From Paraspadella gotoi (lineage: Eukaryota; Animalia; Chaetognatha): a DNA stretch of 64,000 nucleotides. Below are positions 39,727 through 54,705 of this stretch, in pieces; position 1 is the stretch's first letter; each line of letters begins with the position of its first letter. The notes under the pieces were generated by a model. That model did not search any database. It was not told the DNA's origin and saw nothing but the letters and a program-made list of their open reading frames with translations. The DNA is taken from assembly GCA_051294375.1 (NCBI GenBank), contig CM119270.1, positions 11,139,626 through 11,203,625 of the forward strand, given 5' to 3'. The translations under genes and the position numbers were made by a program.

Positions 39727-42114
39727 ACCCTTACTCGTTCGGCCTCCCAACTGCTCTCCTTTTCCTCTTCCTCTCCTCATTCGTAATGGAACACCATGGA
39801 AACGGCGAAAGGGGTTTTTTTTTAGTTGGACCGACAACTACGACTTCGACACACCAGGACGACGATGACAGAGACGACGAGACGACCGTGGATCCTTTCC
39901 TTCACTCGTTGTATCATTTCTTAGGCTGAGGACTCATTCTCTATTTTCTTTTTGTATTTTTTAAGCAAACATTCGTTTAATTATTGTTTTGTTTTTGTTT
40001 GCCCAGTAATTGCATAACTATCTTTAAATTTGGGTACTTTTAATCGTATTCCTTTTATCTTTTGGTTTGTTATAATTAACTTACCGACACTTTTTACGAT
40101 TTCGGTTTTTTTGATTAATCCGTAATTTGGCCTCTTATTTATTTTTTGATGGTCAGAACAGCTTCCAAAATACTTATACACTTTCTAGTAGAATATCTAT
40201 TGAACTAAAAATGTTCGCTTCAGTGTGGTCCACTATTTTTGAGATTACAAGCCTGTGATTGAAAAACCCACCAAAACAGCAAAATAATACATTCGTAGTG
40301 TCATTCAAAGAAAAAAATTGATTTCACTCTTTTCTTTTAAAAAAACAATAGACTTTGACTCGGGTTTTTCAGCGGATGACGGGCTGCGAAAAAAATTCCC
40401 GTCAGATGGAAGAGGACCTCACTTCGTTAAGTCAATAACAAGAAAGGAAGAGCGACGGCAGGAAAAGAGCGAAGCTAGGCAAAGTGAGCCAGCGGGAAGC
40501 GAAGACGAGATGGAGGAGAGAAGCAGGGAAGAAATTGATGAAGAGGAAAAAAAAAGGAAAAAAAAGGGGAGGATGAGCATTTTGAGAAAATTGACGATTA
40601 TCATGCAAAGAGGCCTCAGAGGTGAAGGTGCTTTTCTTTTGAAAGAAGAGAAGCGAAAGAGGAGAGAGGAGGAGGAAGAGGAGGAGATGAAGGAGGCAAG
40701 AGGAGGAGCGGTGAATAAAAAGGCCCACAAGCGCATCGCAAAGTGTCTCACTTTTCTATCTATCTCTACCACGTTTTCTACCCGCACTCTCTCCTCTCTC
40801 TCTCTCCTCCTCCTCATCTCTCTCCTCTCTCTCCTCTCTCGTCTCCTCTCCTCTCCTCTCTCTCTGCGGCGTTTCCCAGCATGTCTCTTTCTCACCTTTT
40901 GTTCTGTGATGGCTGCAGTCCATACATGTTGCTTGCGCTGAAACCCTATGACCGCGAAGTTACACATCTGAATTTGCCGTATTACAGCGCACAGAGGGCG
41001 GTCTGAGATATTTAGAACGGAAACTCCCTATGAGAGAAAGTTACAAAAAGAGTGAAGTGCGAGGAGTAAACGGAATTAGCGAAAATAAGATGCAACTACA
41101 GAGAGAGAATGAAGAAAAAGAAAAGAAGAACAGAAACGAGTAGTCCAAGGCCCAACAACGAGGGAAAAGAAACGGAAGTAAGAGGACGTGCATACGATCA
41201 GACGGCACGCCCCTCACTATACGCCGAATACTATACCACGTACGACGACGAGTCCGCCACGAGATCGAACATACGCACTAGCACGATAAGAATGCAATGA
41301 TAGACCAAAGAAAAAGAAAGAAAAATGCAGAAGAAAAGCAGAAAGAGCAAGAAAAGAAACAAAAAAACTAAATAAAAAGCGAAAAAAAAAAAACAACAGA
41401 AAAAACTCATGTAAGAAATACAACAAGGAAAAATATTGAAAATATATCTGCAAGTAATCAGGCAACGTAATAGGGCAAGTAATAGGGCAAGCCCAACATG
41501 TTCCAATGACCCGACGAAATTATTGGGAAAAAGGTTAAGTCAAGAATAAGCGATTACCTGAAAAAATTTGTATGCTATTTTGGGAGCTCATTGGCTTCTT
41601 CTTTTTTTACTATTATCATGAAGATTTATATACTACATGATCCATTGTCAAATTTTTGTATTTCTGAAATCTGAAACAGGATCTCGAAAGACCAACCTTT
41701 CATCCCGACTAAGTATTCGCCAGGTCAACAGAGGGGGCACTGGGGAACATAATTTTATGTTAATGTAACAAACAAGGATTATTTACACACTGAGATAATA
41801 TGAAGTAAGGACGTAAACAAATTATTTCTCTATTGTTTAGAGAACATATCATTATTATTTAAAGACAAATAATTTTTTAAATATTTTTTAAATATTTTTT
41901 ATTAAAGATTCTGAATCCTTTATTAAAACATAATCACATTTAGTAAAAAATTTGACTATCTTCAGCGTCAAAAATTGGCGAAAAAATGTCAAAATTCTTA
42001 CTTTAAACACATTCTCATAGTAAAACTATGGATATGAAACGTCTTTAGTCATCAATTTTGCAGCTTTAACCTAAAAATATCATGAAACATATTTTACAAA
42101 AGTTTTTCAGTTTT

Positions 42115-42729
42115 GAATTTTGACATTTTTTCCATTTTTGACGCTGAAGATAGTCAAATTTTTTATAACATGTATTATATTTTAATAAAGATTCAGAATC
42201 TTTAATAAAAAAATTTAAAAAAATATTTAAAAAAATTATTATTCTTTAATAATTAATGATACTGTTCCCTAAACAATAGCAAAATAATTTGTTTACTCCT
42301 TACTCATATTATCTCACGTTTAAATATCCTTGTTTGTTCACTTAAATAAAATTTATGTTCCCCAGTGCTCCCCTCTGTTGACCATGGCGAATACTTAGTC
42401 GGTGAAAGTTGTCTTTCGAGATCCTGTTTTCAGATTTTCAGAAATACAAAATTTGACAATGCATCATGTAGTATATAAATCTTCATTGATAATAGTAAAA
42501 AAAAGAAGCCAAATGAGCTCCCAAAATAGCATCAATTTTTTTCAGGTAACTCGCTTATTCTTACTTAACTTTTCCCAATAATTCGTCGGGTCATTGGAAC
42601 ATGTTGCTTGCCCTATTACTTGCCCTATTACTTGCCCTATTACTTGCAGATATATTTCAATTTTTTTTCCTTGTTGTATTCTTACATAGTTTTTCTTTGT
42701 TTTTTCTTTTTTATTCGTTTATTTTTTGT

Positions 42730-42825
<96 letters not shown>

Positions 42826-44183
42826 GCTTTCTTTCTTTCTTTCTTTCTCTCTCTCTCTCTCTCTTATATATTCCGTATATTCCGTTCTATCTTCCTCTCT
42901 CTCTTTCACTTCACTTCAGTTTTTAACTTCCTCTCTCTTTTTTCTCATCCTCCATCTCCATCTTTACTCGGCAAATATACAGAGTTGAAATCCTTNNNNN
43001 NNNNNNNNNNNNNNNNNNNNNNNNNNNNNNNNNNNNNNNNNNNNNNNNNNNNNNNNNNNNNNNNNNNNNNNNNNNNNNNNNNNNNNNNNNNNNNNNNNNN
43101 NNNNNNNNNNNNNNNNNNNNNNNNNNNNNNNNNNNNNNNNNNNNNNNNNNNNNNNNNNNNNNNNNNNNNNNNNNNNNNNNNNNNNNNNNNNNNNNNNNNN
43201 NNNAGTCGGGGTGAAAAACGTGGTGAAATAGATAGAAAAGTGAGACACTTTGCGATGCGCTGTGGCCTTTTTATCACCGCTCCTCCTCTTCCCTCCTTCA
43301 TCTCCTCCTCTTCCTCCTCCTCCTCCTCTTTCGCTTCTCTTCTTTCAAAGAAAAGCACCTTCACCTCTGAGGCCTCTTTGCCATGATAATCGTCAATTTT
43401 CTCAAAATGCTCATCCTCCCCTTTTTTTTCCTTTTTTTTCCTCTTCATCAATTTCTTCCCTGCTTCCTCCTCCATCTCGTCTTCGCTTCCCCGCTGGCTC
43501 CACTTTGCCTAGCTTCGCTCTTCTTCCTGCGTCGCTCTTCCTTCTTTTATTGACTTAACGAAGTGAGGCTCCTCTTCCATCTGACGGGAATTTTTTCGAG
43601 CCCGTCATCCGCTGAAAAACCCGAGTCAAGTCTATTGTTTTNNNNNNNNNNNNNNNNNNNNNNNNNNNNNNNNNNNNNNNNNNNNNNNNNNNNNNNNNNN
43701 NNNNNNNNNNNNNNNNNNNNNNNNNNNNNNNNNNNNNNNNNNNNNNNNNNNNNNNNNNNNNNNNNNNNNNNNNNNNNNNNNNNNNNNNNNNNNNNNNNNN
43801 NNNNNNNNNNNNNNNNNNNNNNNNNNNNNNNNNNNNNNNNNNNNNNNNNAATCTCAAAAATAGGGACACACTGAAGCGAACATTTGAAGTATCAATAGAT
43901 ATACTACGTAGAAGTGTATAAGTATTTGGAAGCTGTTCTGACCCATCAAAAAATAAATAAGAGGCCAAATTACGGATTAATCAAAAAACCGAAACTCGTA
44001 AAAAAGTGGTCGGTAAGTTAATATAACAAACCAAAAGATAAAAGGAATACGATTAAAGTACCCAAATTTAAATAGATTATGAATACGGGCAAACAAAAAC
44101 AAAACAAGAGATATAACGAATGTTGCTTAAAATACAAAAAGAAAAAGAGAAATAGTCTCAGCCTAAGAAATGATACAACGAGG
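42115..44183 (+). repeat. Third copy of part of block C, forming a fold-back of about 2 kb with 39905-41997
   Basis: Direct match to about 49975-51813 and inverted match to 39905-41997; spacer about 41998-42114. Confidence 0.9.
42608..42647. repeat. 12-bp tandem repeat (TTGCCCTATTAC)x3
   Basis: Visible tandem units; copies at about 50454-50492 and, inverted, at about 41451-41491. Confidence 0.9.
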
Positions 44184-47121
44184 GATCTCTAGTTGTTCAG
44201 ATCGTCTTGCTGGTTGTCAGATCCGACTCGATGTCCTTGTTGTCTTAGATCGGCTATGGCCCGAGTATTCGAGGAAATCGATGAGGTCGCTGGTGGACCG
44301 GAATTCAAAAGAACTCCGCGAAACAAGTGGCTAACGACGAGGTCGGAAAGGGACGCGTGAAGAGCGGAGAAAGAGAAAAGAGTGGAGTTATGTGGTCATG
44401 GTAATTAAATTGGCATTATAAATTGGTTATAGATATTATTGAAATTGTACAACCAATTTAAAAATTATCCATTCATATTAATAAACAACTATCTTGCCCC
44501 TGACTTTGGACAGGCATTGGTGGTTTAAGGCCCCCATCACTCTTACAGTAATGACCATCAGCAGGTCCTGCCAAGCTTTCAAACAAGACCTCTCTCATCC
44601 CGTTTTATTTCACTCCCAGAGTACCTGGACTTCCCTATCAAATGAAGTTGGGAAATATTCAAGATGTTTCAATTGTATGAAAAGACACTCCCTTAAGTAT
44701 TAGATCGCGGGAATACTTATGGGAATACTTCATATAATTGTCGTATAGACATAGCGCTTGGTCAATACGTTATGAAATTGGTACAACCAATATAAAAATT
44801 ATTTTCCATTCATTAATAAATAAGCTATCTTTGCCCACTGATGGGAGAATCTTGCTATATGCTGCTTCCTGTTTAAAACTTCTAAGTAAGTTCCAGTTGT
44901 TCCTGGCACTTTTGTTTGTTTCTTATTAAGGGTGAATCTCATAATTGGGTAAAATATCTTATTTTTGCTGGTGTTTTTGACCTCAAATAAATAGGTTGGT
45001 ATCGCTTTAACAACACTTTCAGACTTTCTCCCTGCGCTCACTGACCGTAGTCCGTTAGTGATTAGAATCCACACACCACGACACACACAACCCAAAAAGA
45101 AAGCCATTCTGACCCCGTCGCTCGATGATAGCCTTGTCAAGCTTTCCATTCACAAAGTTGACTCACCGGTGAAGCTTTTCATTCCACGACCGCGACGTTT
45201 TTCTGTCGGCAAATCGCGTCGCGATATGTTGATAGAAAATCCAGCCTTGCGGTTCGATGCAGGTCGACGCCGCGGCCAATGCGTCAGCTGCCAAGCGATG
45301 CAGTCAGATGCAGTCATGGGTCGATTGCCGATTCACACTTCAGGTTGCCGCAATGGGGGTTAAAGAAAAGTGGGAATTTGTGGGTGGGGCAGTGGGTCGT
45401 TGGCGGAGAGAAAGGAGACGCTAAATTGGGCAGAATACAGCGATCGCCTCTGATGAAAAAGAAAAAAAAGACCCGAATGTGATGGAGGGCGAAGGAAAGG
45501 GCGGAGAGAATTTGAAGTGTGAACGGAGTGAATGGGTAAGACTAAGGAGAGACTGAGTAAGGGGTTGGGAGACATAACGGAAATAGGAAAAAATGGGTAA
45601 GAAAGTAATACAATTTTATAATATTATCGAAAGGTTAGAGAAAGAAATGTGAAGAAAGAAAGACAACAGAGGGGAAAAAAGAAAGGATAGAGAGAAGGCA
45701 GACATATGTTGCTGTGAGATAGAAAATTATTGAATTCAACGTTAAAAAAAGGAAAAAAAAAAAAATCATGGCTTCTTGAATTTACTGTATCCCAAGCGGT
45801 AGATTCCTTTTGTCCTGATTCGGAAAGACTTATGACCGATTGGGAAATAAACCCTTCCTCGCTGTAAAAGTTATGGCCATCGGATAAACCCCCCTTTTCC
45901 CGCTGTATGTTTGTTCGGAGAAAAAAAAGGTTGTGATGAACGAGAAGAGAAGGAAAACGATGAAGGATTTGTATGCTGTGTGTGTTTGACTGCTTGTTTG
46001 GAGGAAAAATATCAAAGTAAACATTGGGATTTGAATGCGAAGAGGAGAGACAAGAGAGGAGGAGAGAGAGAGGGGAGAGACGAGAGAGAGAGACTCCTGC
46101 CGTAGTTATGCCGTTTTCCAACGTTTTTTCAAACATTTTTCCTTTTTTTTATTTACGTTTCATTCAGTGCCTCAGTTGTTTATTGAATCCCTTATTTCAT
46201 TTTTTTCGCCTGTTGTTTAAAAGGGAAGGTCTTTTTTTGCTTTCAATTTAGTTGACTACCGGAAATATATTTTTTTATTCATTTTATTTCATTCTGTTTA
46301 AGTTGTGTCAATTTGAACATCTTTTAACATTAAGTGCTTATAAACATTAACAAAAACCGTGTTTCAAATTTCAGAAAAAAAAAACGAAATCATAGCCCGA
46401 GTCTCTCTTCAACGGTTAGGATATTCAATCCCTCATGGTGGGCGCGGGGAAAAGCATCTCTTCTCTCTCTTCTCTCTTCTCTCTCTCTCTCTTTCTCTGC
46501 GCGAGTTTGTTTAATTCATGGATTTTTTCGAAGGTGGACCACCAAGATCGCTTCCTCATCCTGTCAGGGTTTTTTTGATTGCCTCAAACTTGGGTTAACT
46601 AAGGTTTATTATTTTTCCCTTTTCTTTCTTCTGACTCTTCTTCTGATTCTCACCTCGGGGCCTCCATCGCCCCCTCTCTCCTCATCGACCGCCCAGCCAT
46701 TGCTCACTCTCTCTACTTTTTATTTTTTATCGAATCGGTTTCATCAAAGGTTTTCTCACTATAAAGTTTTTTAAAAAAAACAAAAAAACTACACTAGGCT
46801 AAAAAAATTACATGACATTCATTACTGTCAAATTATTAATTGCGAATGATTACATTATTTACTTCTTCAATTTAAAAATCAAAGGTGGACTTTCTTTTCC
46901 CTACAGTATATCTCTTGCCTCTTTTATAACCCCTCACTCCCCCCCTTAAGTCCTTATATTTAACCTCTCCTCACTCAACTCCCAACCCCCTCCTTCCCTT
47001 TCCGGCCCTCCACTATTCCAAGTTCCGGCAGGCATAGACCTCAACCCGTCCTTCCGCTTTTTATTCAGAACAAACATTTCACTCAAATGGGAACGATTTT
47101 CGGGACTCTTGAACAGAGGAG

Positions 47122-47184
<63 letters not shown>

Positions 47185-48007
47185 TTCTCTCTCTCTCTAT
47201 CCCCCCATCTCTCTCGTTTTCTTTGATAAACACATTAGCGTATCAATAATTTCAAACTTTTAGAATTTAATAAAGTCGGTTCTCTTTAGAAAAGGCGAAA
47301 CAGGAGAGAAGTCCTTTATACACAAGATCGATTCCTGAAACTCGTGCTTTTTATTGGCTAAAAAAAAGCAAAGCAATCCTAAGTAAATGTAAAGAATCCC
47401 CTCGGATCTTAATGTGTTTTTTAATTCTTTTTTTTCCTCGCTATCAGATTGTCCAGCACGCTGTGATCCTCCCCGTTCAGATTCCGTGATGGCAACTTTT
47501 TTCATAACTTCGCTAAAGATATTTGATACGAATAAATAATAGTTAAAAAAACATAGTTATAACGACAGTATTTATTCATAGCAACTTTAAAAATCAATTA
47601 TTAAACTATTGCTCAAGGTCTCTATTATTATTTGTTGGACGTCTTCCACAAAACAAGGCATTTTTTCTCTTAGAACAGTAATTATAATTGTAATAAATAT
47701 TTTTGAGACTCGGAATTATGTCGCCTTCAAGTTGTTCAATTACATTAAATTTTGAAGGATTAATAGGAAAACCGCGAACTCGATTCCCGACTCTTGAGTC
47801 AATTGACTTCCCCCCCTGAATTTTATTCACAAGAGTTCACCGACGGGTCACTCACATCTTCCGGATCACAAAAAAAAACCTCTAGATGTTCACGGAAGCC
47901 ATGGAGAATCACCAAAGGGACCTCCGAACTCACAGGGACTAAGAGAGAGAAATGGGGGAGGACCGTGGGAGGTATTTTTCGTGAATGGGTATAATGTGAA
48001 TAAAGAG

Positions 48008-48067
<60 letters not shown>

Positions 48068-49865
48068 GAGAGATACTCCGTTGAATGGAACTCGTCATCG
48101 CGGAACCAACTCTTGACGGGGCGACTGCCAATGCTTTCCCGGCGTGCTACGCAATCGGGCCCATGGAATTTCCTGGCAGCGGGAATTGTCTAAATGGAAT
48201 TTTCCGATGGGAACTGCGCAAAGTAATTTAGTCGAGAAGGCGACAAAAGAATCGTAAATGGACGCTAAAATAGGCAAACAGAACTCCATAAGGAGGTTTA
48301 ATAAGTACTATTTAACAATATCAAAGTCATATGGAAATACATAGTACTTTGGACTTATTTAACATCGATATTTTTTTTATTCACGACGACGACGACGAAG
48401 ACGAGCGAGCGCTACGGATGACAAACGACACCTCGTCGACTTACAACTCCCCTCCCTCATAGAGAATGCATAAATTCTCTCAGGGTATTTTCAACCTTTT
48501 TTATTTTTAAATTGCTTGTTGTTGTTAAAGCTCTTTATTCTCCACCTCTCGCGTTGTTGGCTATAAGTTGCCTAGCGACTAAAATTGCTTTCATTTCATG
48601 GTGCATGGAGACTCAGTGTGGCGGTTATTTCAAGGACCCCCTTTAGCGGCCCCCCTTTTTCACCCCGCCCCGGTCCCCCCTAACTTCCTCCGTCGGATCT
48701 GTCCAGCGGAGGAAAAAAAAAGTCCCCCTTACCAGCGTTTGTATGGTGTTATAACCTTAATTTCTATTTTTGCCTTAAGGCACAAAAGAAAACGCTTTAA
48801 GTCACATATAAGGCTCGCGACTTTTTTAAATCCTTCAATCTTCGAAACTCGTCGCCCCTTAAAACTCCCCCACCTCAACTTCCTCTTAACTTTAAAGAAG
48901 AAAAATTTTTGTTTCCGCCAAAAAAGGGAAAATATTTTTTCTTTTTTCTTTCTTTCTTTCTGCTTTCTTTTTTTTTTTTCTTTTTTCCTTCTTTTCTTCT
49001 TTCTTTCTCTCTTTCTTTCTTTCTTTCTTTCTTTCTTTTTTTCTTTCTTTCTTTTCTTTCTTTTTATACTATTTTTCTTTTTTAGCTAACTCTCTCTTCC
49101 ATTCTTTCTTTCTATTTATCTTTCTCACATTTATCTATGCTTCCGCATTTACTTCTCTCTTTCCCTCATTTTGTCTTAATGTCTTTTCTATCATTTGTTC
49201 CTTCTTTTTAATTTTTCTTCTCTCCCCTTTCTTTAAACTCAAAAGAGAGAAAATTAAAATTCGGCGGACCAAGTACGCTCTTTCAGCAAAGTGTGTCTTT
49301 GTTCTAAACTTTTTTCTCTTTGAACTCGACTTTCTTTCTTTTAAAAAATGAAATTCATGAAGGGAAGTTGTTGTGGTGTGAAAAATTCTCGTTGTCGGCG
49401 ATATATCTCAGATACGGAAACCGATAGAGAGCGAGACACTCCAGATATGTTTTGTTGCGCGAGCGAATGAGCTGCGAAAAAAAATGGGAGACAGAGAGAC
49501 TTTAGAAAATTTTCTCTTCTTTGTTTCCACTTTTCGGTCGCACTGTGCGGATCTTTGGCGCACAATGTATTTTACTACTCGAGAGACAATCGATTTTACC
49601 GGACTTTAGAGCGTGACCACGACGGAGTATCATTTTGTTGCTATGGTGTCCTTGACAGTAGAGTGAGTGGAAAAGATTGAGCGATGGAAACATGTTTTTT
49701 TGCTTGCCTTTATATAGGTTATAAAATAGTTAAGCCATTTAAAAAAAAATGCATAACAGTATCATTAAATTTAATTTTTTTATAGTTATTTCCTTATAAA
49801 TTATAAAGTTTCAAAATCATATTTTTTTTTCCAATTTTAAGAACAGTTTCGGTATTTCGCCGGAA
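44184..49865. repeat. Duplicated block B, noisier copy
   Basis: Matches 29955-35246 with frequent 1-3 bp indels, plus an extra segment at about 44440-44735. Confidence 0.95.
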
Positions 49866-50588
49866 AAAAACTGAAAAACTTTTGTAAAATATGTTTCATA
49901 TATTTTTAGGTAAAGCTGCAAAATTTGACTAAAACGTTTCATTCATAGGTTTTACTATAGAATGTGTAAAGTTAAGAATTTTGACATTTTTTCCCATTTT
50001 TGACGCTGAAGATAGTCAAATTTTTATAAATGTATTATTTTTAATAAAGATTCAGAATCTTTTAATAAAAAATTTTAAAAATATTAAAAATATTTTCTTT
50101 AATAATAATGATATGTTCCCTAAACAATAGCAAAATAATTTGTTTACTCCTTACTCATTATTATCTCAGTTTAAATATCCTTGTTTTGTTCATTAAATAA
50201 AATTTATGTTCCCCAGTGCTCCCCTCTGTTACCTGGCGAATACTTAGTCGGGTGAAAGTTGGTCTTTCGAGATCCTGTTTCAGATTCAGAAATACCAAAA
50301 ATTTGACAAATGATCATGTAGTATATAAATTTCATGATAATAGTAAAAAAAGAAGAAGCCAATGAGCTCCCAAATGCATCAATTTTTCAGGTAATTCGCT
50401 TATTCTTACTTAACTTTTCCAATAATTTCGTCGGTCATTGGACATGTTGGGCTTGCCCTATTACTTGCCCTATTACTTGCCCTATTACTTGCAGATATAT
50501 TTTCAATTTTTCCTGTTGTATTTCTTACATAGTTTTTTCTTTGTTTTTTCTTTTTTATTCGTTTATTTTTTGTTCTTTTCTGTTCTTT

Positions 50589-50625
<37 letters not shown>

Positions 50626-51983
50626 TTTCTTTCTTCTTTCTTTCTTTCTTGCTTCTTTCTCTTCTTCTTCTCTCTCTCTCTCTCTACTTATAGTTATTCC
50701 GTATATTCCGTTCTATCTTCCTCTTTCTCTTTCACTTCACTTTCAGTTTTTACTCCTCTCTTCTTTTTTTCTCATCCTTCCATCTTCCATCTTTACTGGC
50801 CAAATATACAGAGTGAATCCTTGCGCGGTCATGGGTTTAACACCTCACACACAAAAGTGAGAAAGAGACATGTGGAAACGCCGCAGAGGAGAGAGAGAGA
50901 GAGAGAGGAGGAGAGAGAGAGAGAGATCGAGAGGAGGAGAGAGAGACGAGGGAGAGTCGGGTGAAAACGTGGTGAATAGATAGAAAAAGTGAGACACTTT
51001 GCGATTGCGCTGTGGGCCTTTTTATCACCGCTCCTCCTCTTCCCCTTCATCTCCTCCTGCTTCCTCCTCCTCCTCCTCTTTCGCTTCTCTTCTTTCAAAA
51101 GAAAAGCCCTTCACCTCTGAGGCCTTCTTTGCCATGATAATCGTCAATTTTCTCAAAATGCTCATCCTCCCCTTTTTTTTCCTTTTTTTCTCTTCATCAT
51201 TTCTTCCCTGCTTCTCCTCCATCTCGTCTTCGCTTCCCGCTGGCTCACTTTGCCTAGCTTCGCTCTTTTCCTGCCGTCGTCTTCCTTCTTTTATTGATTA
51301 ACGACAGTGAGGTCCTCTTCCATCTGCGGGAATTTTTTTCGCAGCCCGTCATCCGCTGAAAAACCGAGTCAAAGTCTATTGTTTTTTTAAAAGGAAAAGA
51401 GTGAATCAATTTTTTTCTTTTGAATGACACTACGAATGTATTTATTTTGCTGTTTTGGTGGGTTTTTCAATCACAGGCTTGTAATCTCAAAAATGTGGAC
51501 ACACTGAGCGAACATTTAGTTCAATAGCATATTCGTACGTAGAAAGTGTATAAGTATTGGAAGCTGTTCTGACCCATCAAAAAATAAATAAGAGGCGCCA
51601 AATTACGGATTAATCAAAAAACCGAAACTCGTAAAAGTGGTCGGTAAGTTAATTATAAAAAACCAAAAGATAAAAGGAATACGATTAAAGTACCCCAAAT
51701 TTAAAATAGTTATGAATACTGGGGCAAACAAAAACAAACAAGAATTATAACGAATGTTGCTTAAAATACAAAAAGAAAAAGAGAAATAGTCTCATCCTAA
51801 AATGATACAACGAGGGGGAAAGGCATCCATCGTTCGTCGTCGTCGTCATCGTCGTCTGTTGTCGAAGTCGTAGTTGTCGTCCAACTAAAAAAAAAACCCC
51901 TTTCGCGTTTCCATGGTGTTCCATTACGAATGAGGAAGGAAAGAGGAAAAGAGAGCGAGTTGGGAGGCCGAACGAGTCAGTTG

Positions 51984-52031
<48 letters not shown>

Positions 52032-53743
52032 TCTTCTCTCTCTCTCTCTCTCTCTCTTCTCTCCTTCTTCTCTCTCGCCTTCGAGACNNNNNNNNNNNNN
52101 NNNNNNNNNNNNTCCACATGATTTTCGAGTAGATATTCCTCGCTACTCTGCCACGGTCTTCGTCGTCGTCGTCGTTGTCTTTTCTTTCGTCTCTCTCTCT
52201 GTCTCTCTCCATTCGATTCTTGATTTCGGTCCATTTCTTCTCCTCCTCTCATTTTTTCTTCCGAGAGAGCGAGACGAAAAGAGTAAGCGAGAGTCATAAC
52301 GATACCGACTCCCGAGAAACTTCGCAACTTGAAAAAAGAAGTGAAGAAAAAAAAACGAAGAAAATATTGATTTTGATGTAGTTTCTATATCCACCGACGC
52401 GATCCATCAACTACCGACTCGTTGCGCCATCTATCAACTTCCATTTGACTCTACTAATGTTTTCAGCGTTAAATCTCACAAAGTATTTATTTAATAAAAA
52501 CGTGGACCCCGGAAGAAACATTGCGATATAGAAAACGACAAACCGTTTAACGTGCGAAAAAAAAATTGTCTCAGAAAATACTGTCAAATTTGAGCGTAAA
52601 GAAAACTGTACTTCCCAACGAAAAAAAGGACAACTAACAAAAAGGAAAAAGGGTAATTCTTTTCCTCCTTTTTCGCAAATAGACAGATCTTTTCGCGGCC
52701 ATCATAATCTTTCTTCTCCTCCGATCGCAAATAGACGCTTCTCTAAGCGACCTTCATATCTTTCTCTATCTCACTCGCTCATTTTTACGGCCGTTGTCTC
52801 TATCTCTGTCTCACTGACCGCGTTCGCAAATCGACGCCCATAAAAGGGAGGCGCTCTCTCTTTCTCTCGGATCTGTTCTATAGAGTAGCATGTAAGTAGT
52901 TAATTTTATTCAATTGATGCATATTTATTAAGGAAATACGAATATTAGAATACTTTTTATAAAGTTGCAGAATAATTCAGCGGGGAAAAATTGTCTTCTA
53001 TGAGAAAAGTAGAACAGATTGTAATCTAACCTTGTCTGGTATAGATGCTCCCTCTTTTTCCAAAAGACAACACTGACCTCCCCCTCCCAATATGAGTAAT
53101 TAGATATAATGATAAGTAAAAAAAAATATATATATATATAATTAAATAATATAGATTAAATAGTAAAACTTTCATGAAATATAAAAATAGAAAATAATGA
53201 AACAAGTAATTTTGCAAATTATCATGAAAGAAACTTAATTCTAATCATTTAAAAATCTAAGAAGAAAGACCGACATCGCTGAATTTTTTAATTTTTTTTT
53301 TTTTGCCCTTTTTTTTCATTAGTCAAATAGACGACTAATTAAGACGCGATTAAAGAGTTAGTTTTCTTGGTTTCAATCTCTGACTAAAGAATAACAAACC
53401 AACACCGCCACAACCACGAGAACCACTTCTGCGCTAACGATCGCACCATGTACACCTTCCTTCTTCTTCTTCTTTCTATCAGCATGCCGCTTTTCATACT
53501 GCGCGACGCAAACGCTCCGACTCCATTGCGACGCGCTCTCTCTCTTTTCTTTCTTCCTTTTCAGCCCCCATCTCTCTCCGTCTCTCTTTTCGTCTTTCTT
53601 CTCTTTTTCCTTNNNNNNNNNNNNNNNNNNNNNNNNNTCTTTCTTGCCCCATATTTTTGCTGCAACAGCTTTTAACTTTCATGGCCTAATAAGCCCCCCT
53701 TCTTTAACTCTCCTCTTTTCACTGCCCCATTTTTCACCCCCAG

Positions 53744-54252
53744 GTTGAACCTCTGGTCTTCGCCCTACGTGAACCCTGTCCGCGGGCCCGGATCCTCTTC
53801 CTCTTCCTCGTCTTCCTCATCCCTGGAAACCCCCCTCTCTCACTACCCGCCCTCTGGCCCCTTGATGGTATTGGCGTCCTCGGCCGCCGACGCCGTCGCC
53901 TCTCGCTGCTCCGGCGCCGGATCGCTGCCGTCGCCGGTCGACGTCGCCGTGAAGGAACCGCCGCCGCCGCCGGGACCTCCACCGCCGCCTCATACTCCCG
54001 TTGGTGCAGCAGCGGCGGCCGCTGCCTCCACCTCGCCCTCGGCTCGCCACGCTCCCTTCTCCTCCGCCTCCTACATGGCGGCCTTTAACCCGGCGCTTTA
54101 CGCCGCCGCCGCCGCCCGCGTCGGTGCCGATCCGGCGGCGGTGGCGGCGGCGGCGGCGCCGCCTTTCTTCTCACAGGCGTCGCTGTTTCGAATCTCGGCG
54201 GCGAATCCGTTTCTGCGACCGGGATTGGGGTTTTTGAATCTCGGTGCCGGAG
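53744..54252 (+). CDS. RNF220: RNF220-like E3 ubiquitin ligase, coding exon A (start codon in an unidentified upstream exon)
   Basis: cccccAG acceptor and G|GTGAGT donor. SSPYVNPV...GPLMVLASSAADA resembles the vertebrate RNF220 N-terminus (SSYLPNPL-SPALMVLASTAEA, recalled from memory). Confidence 0.85.
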
Positions 54253-54705
54253 GTGAGTCGACTCGGCCATGAATGGTGTAGGATAATTGACGTCGCTTTG
54301 TCTATTTCACTGTCTCTCTCTGTTATCGAAGTCGTTATCGAAGCCCAGTTGTTATTGAAGCCCCTTTTTAGGTGAATTTTTAGTCTGTTTCACCCCCTCG
54401 ACTCATTGACATAGTCATACATGACGCAATCACGTAAGCGTCTGAGCGTATAAAGATAGGTTNNNNNNNNNNTCACGTAAGCGTCTGTTCATTTTTTTAT
54501 ATGTATTGATAACCTTTTCATTATCATCAACTCTTACTCTTCCTTTCTTTCGTTTGACTGATTATATTGATTTGGTTGATATATTTTATTTAATTGAATT
54601 TACTGACTGATTAATCATTTATTAATAGGACAATTTTTTTGTTGAATTATCAATCAATTGATTTCACTAATGAACTTACCTTTCCCGTATCCTTCCAACC
54701 TGCAG

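Larger units (their letters stand above)
35272..42115 (-). repeat. Inverted copy of 49866-56033 (block C), probably a mis-oriented redundant contig
   Basis: Reverse-complement match along its length, including RNF220 exons A and B. Confidence 0.9.
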
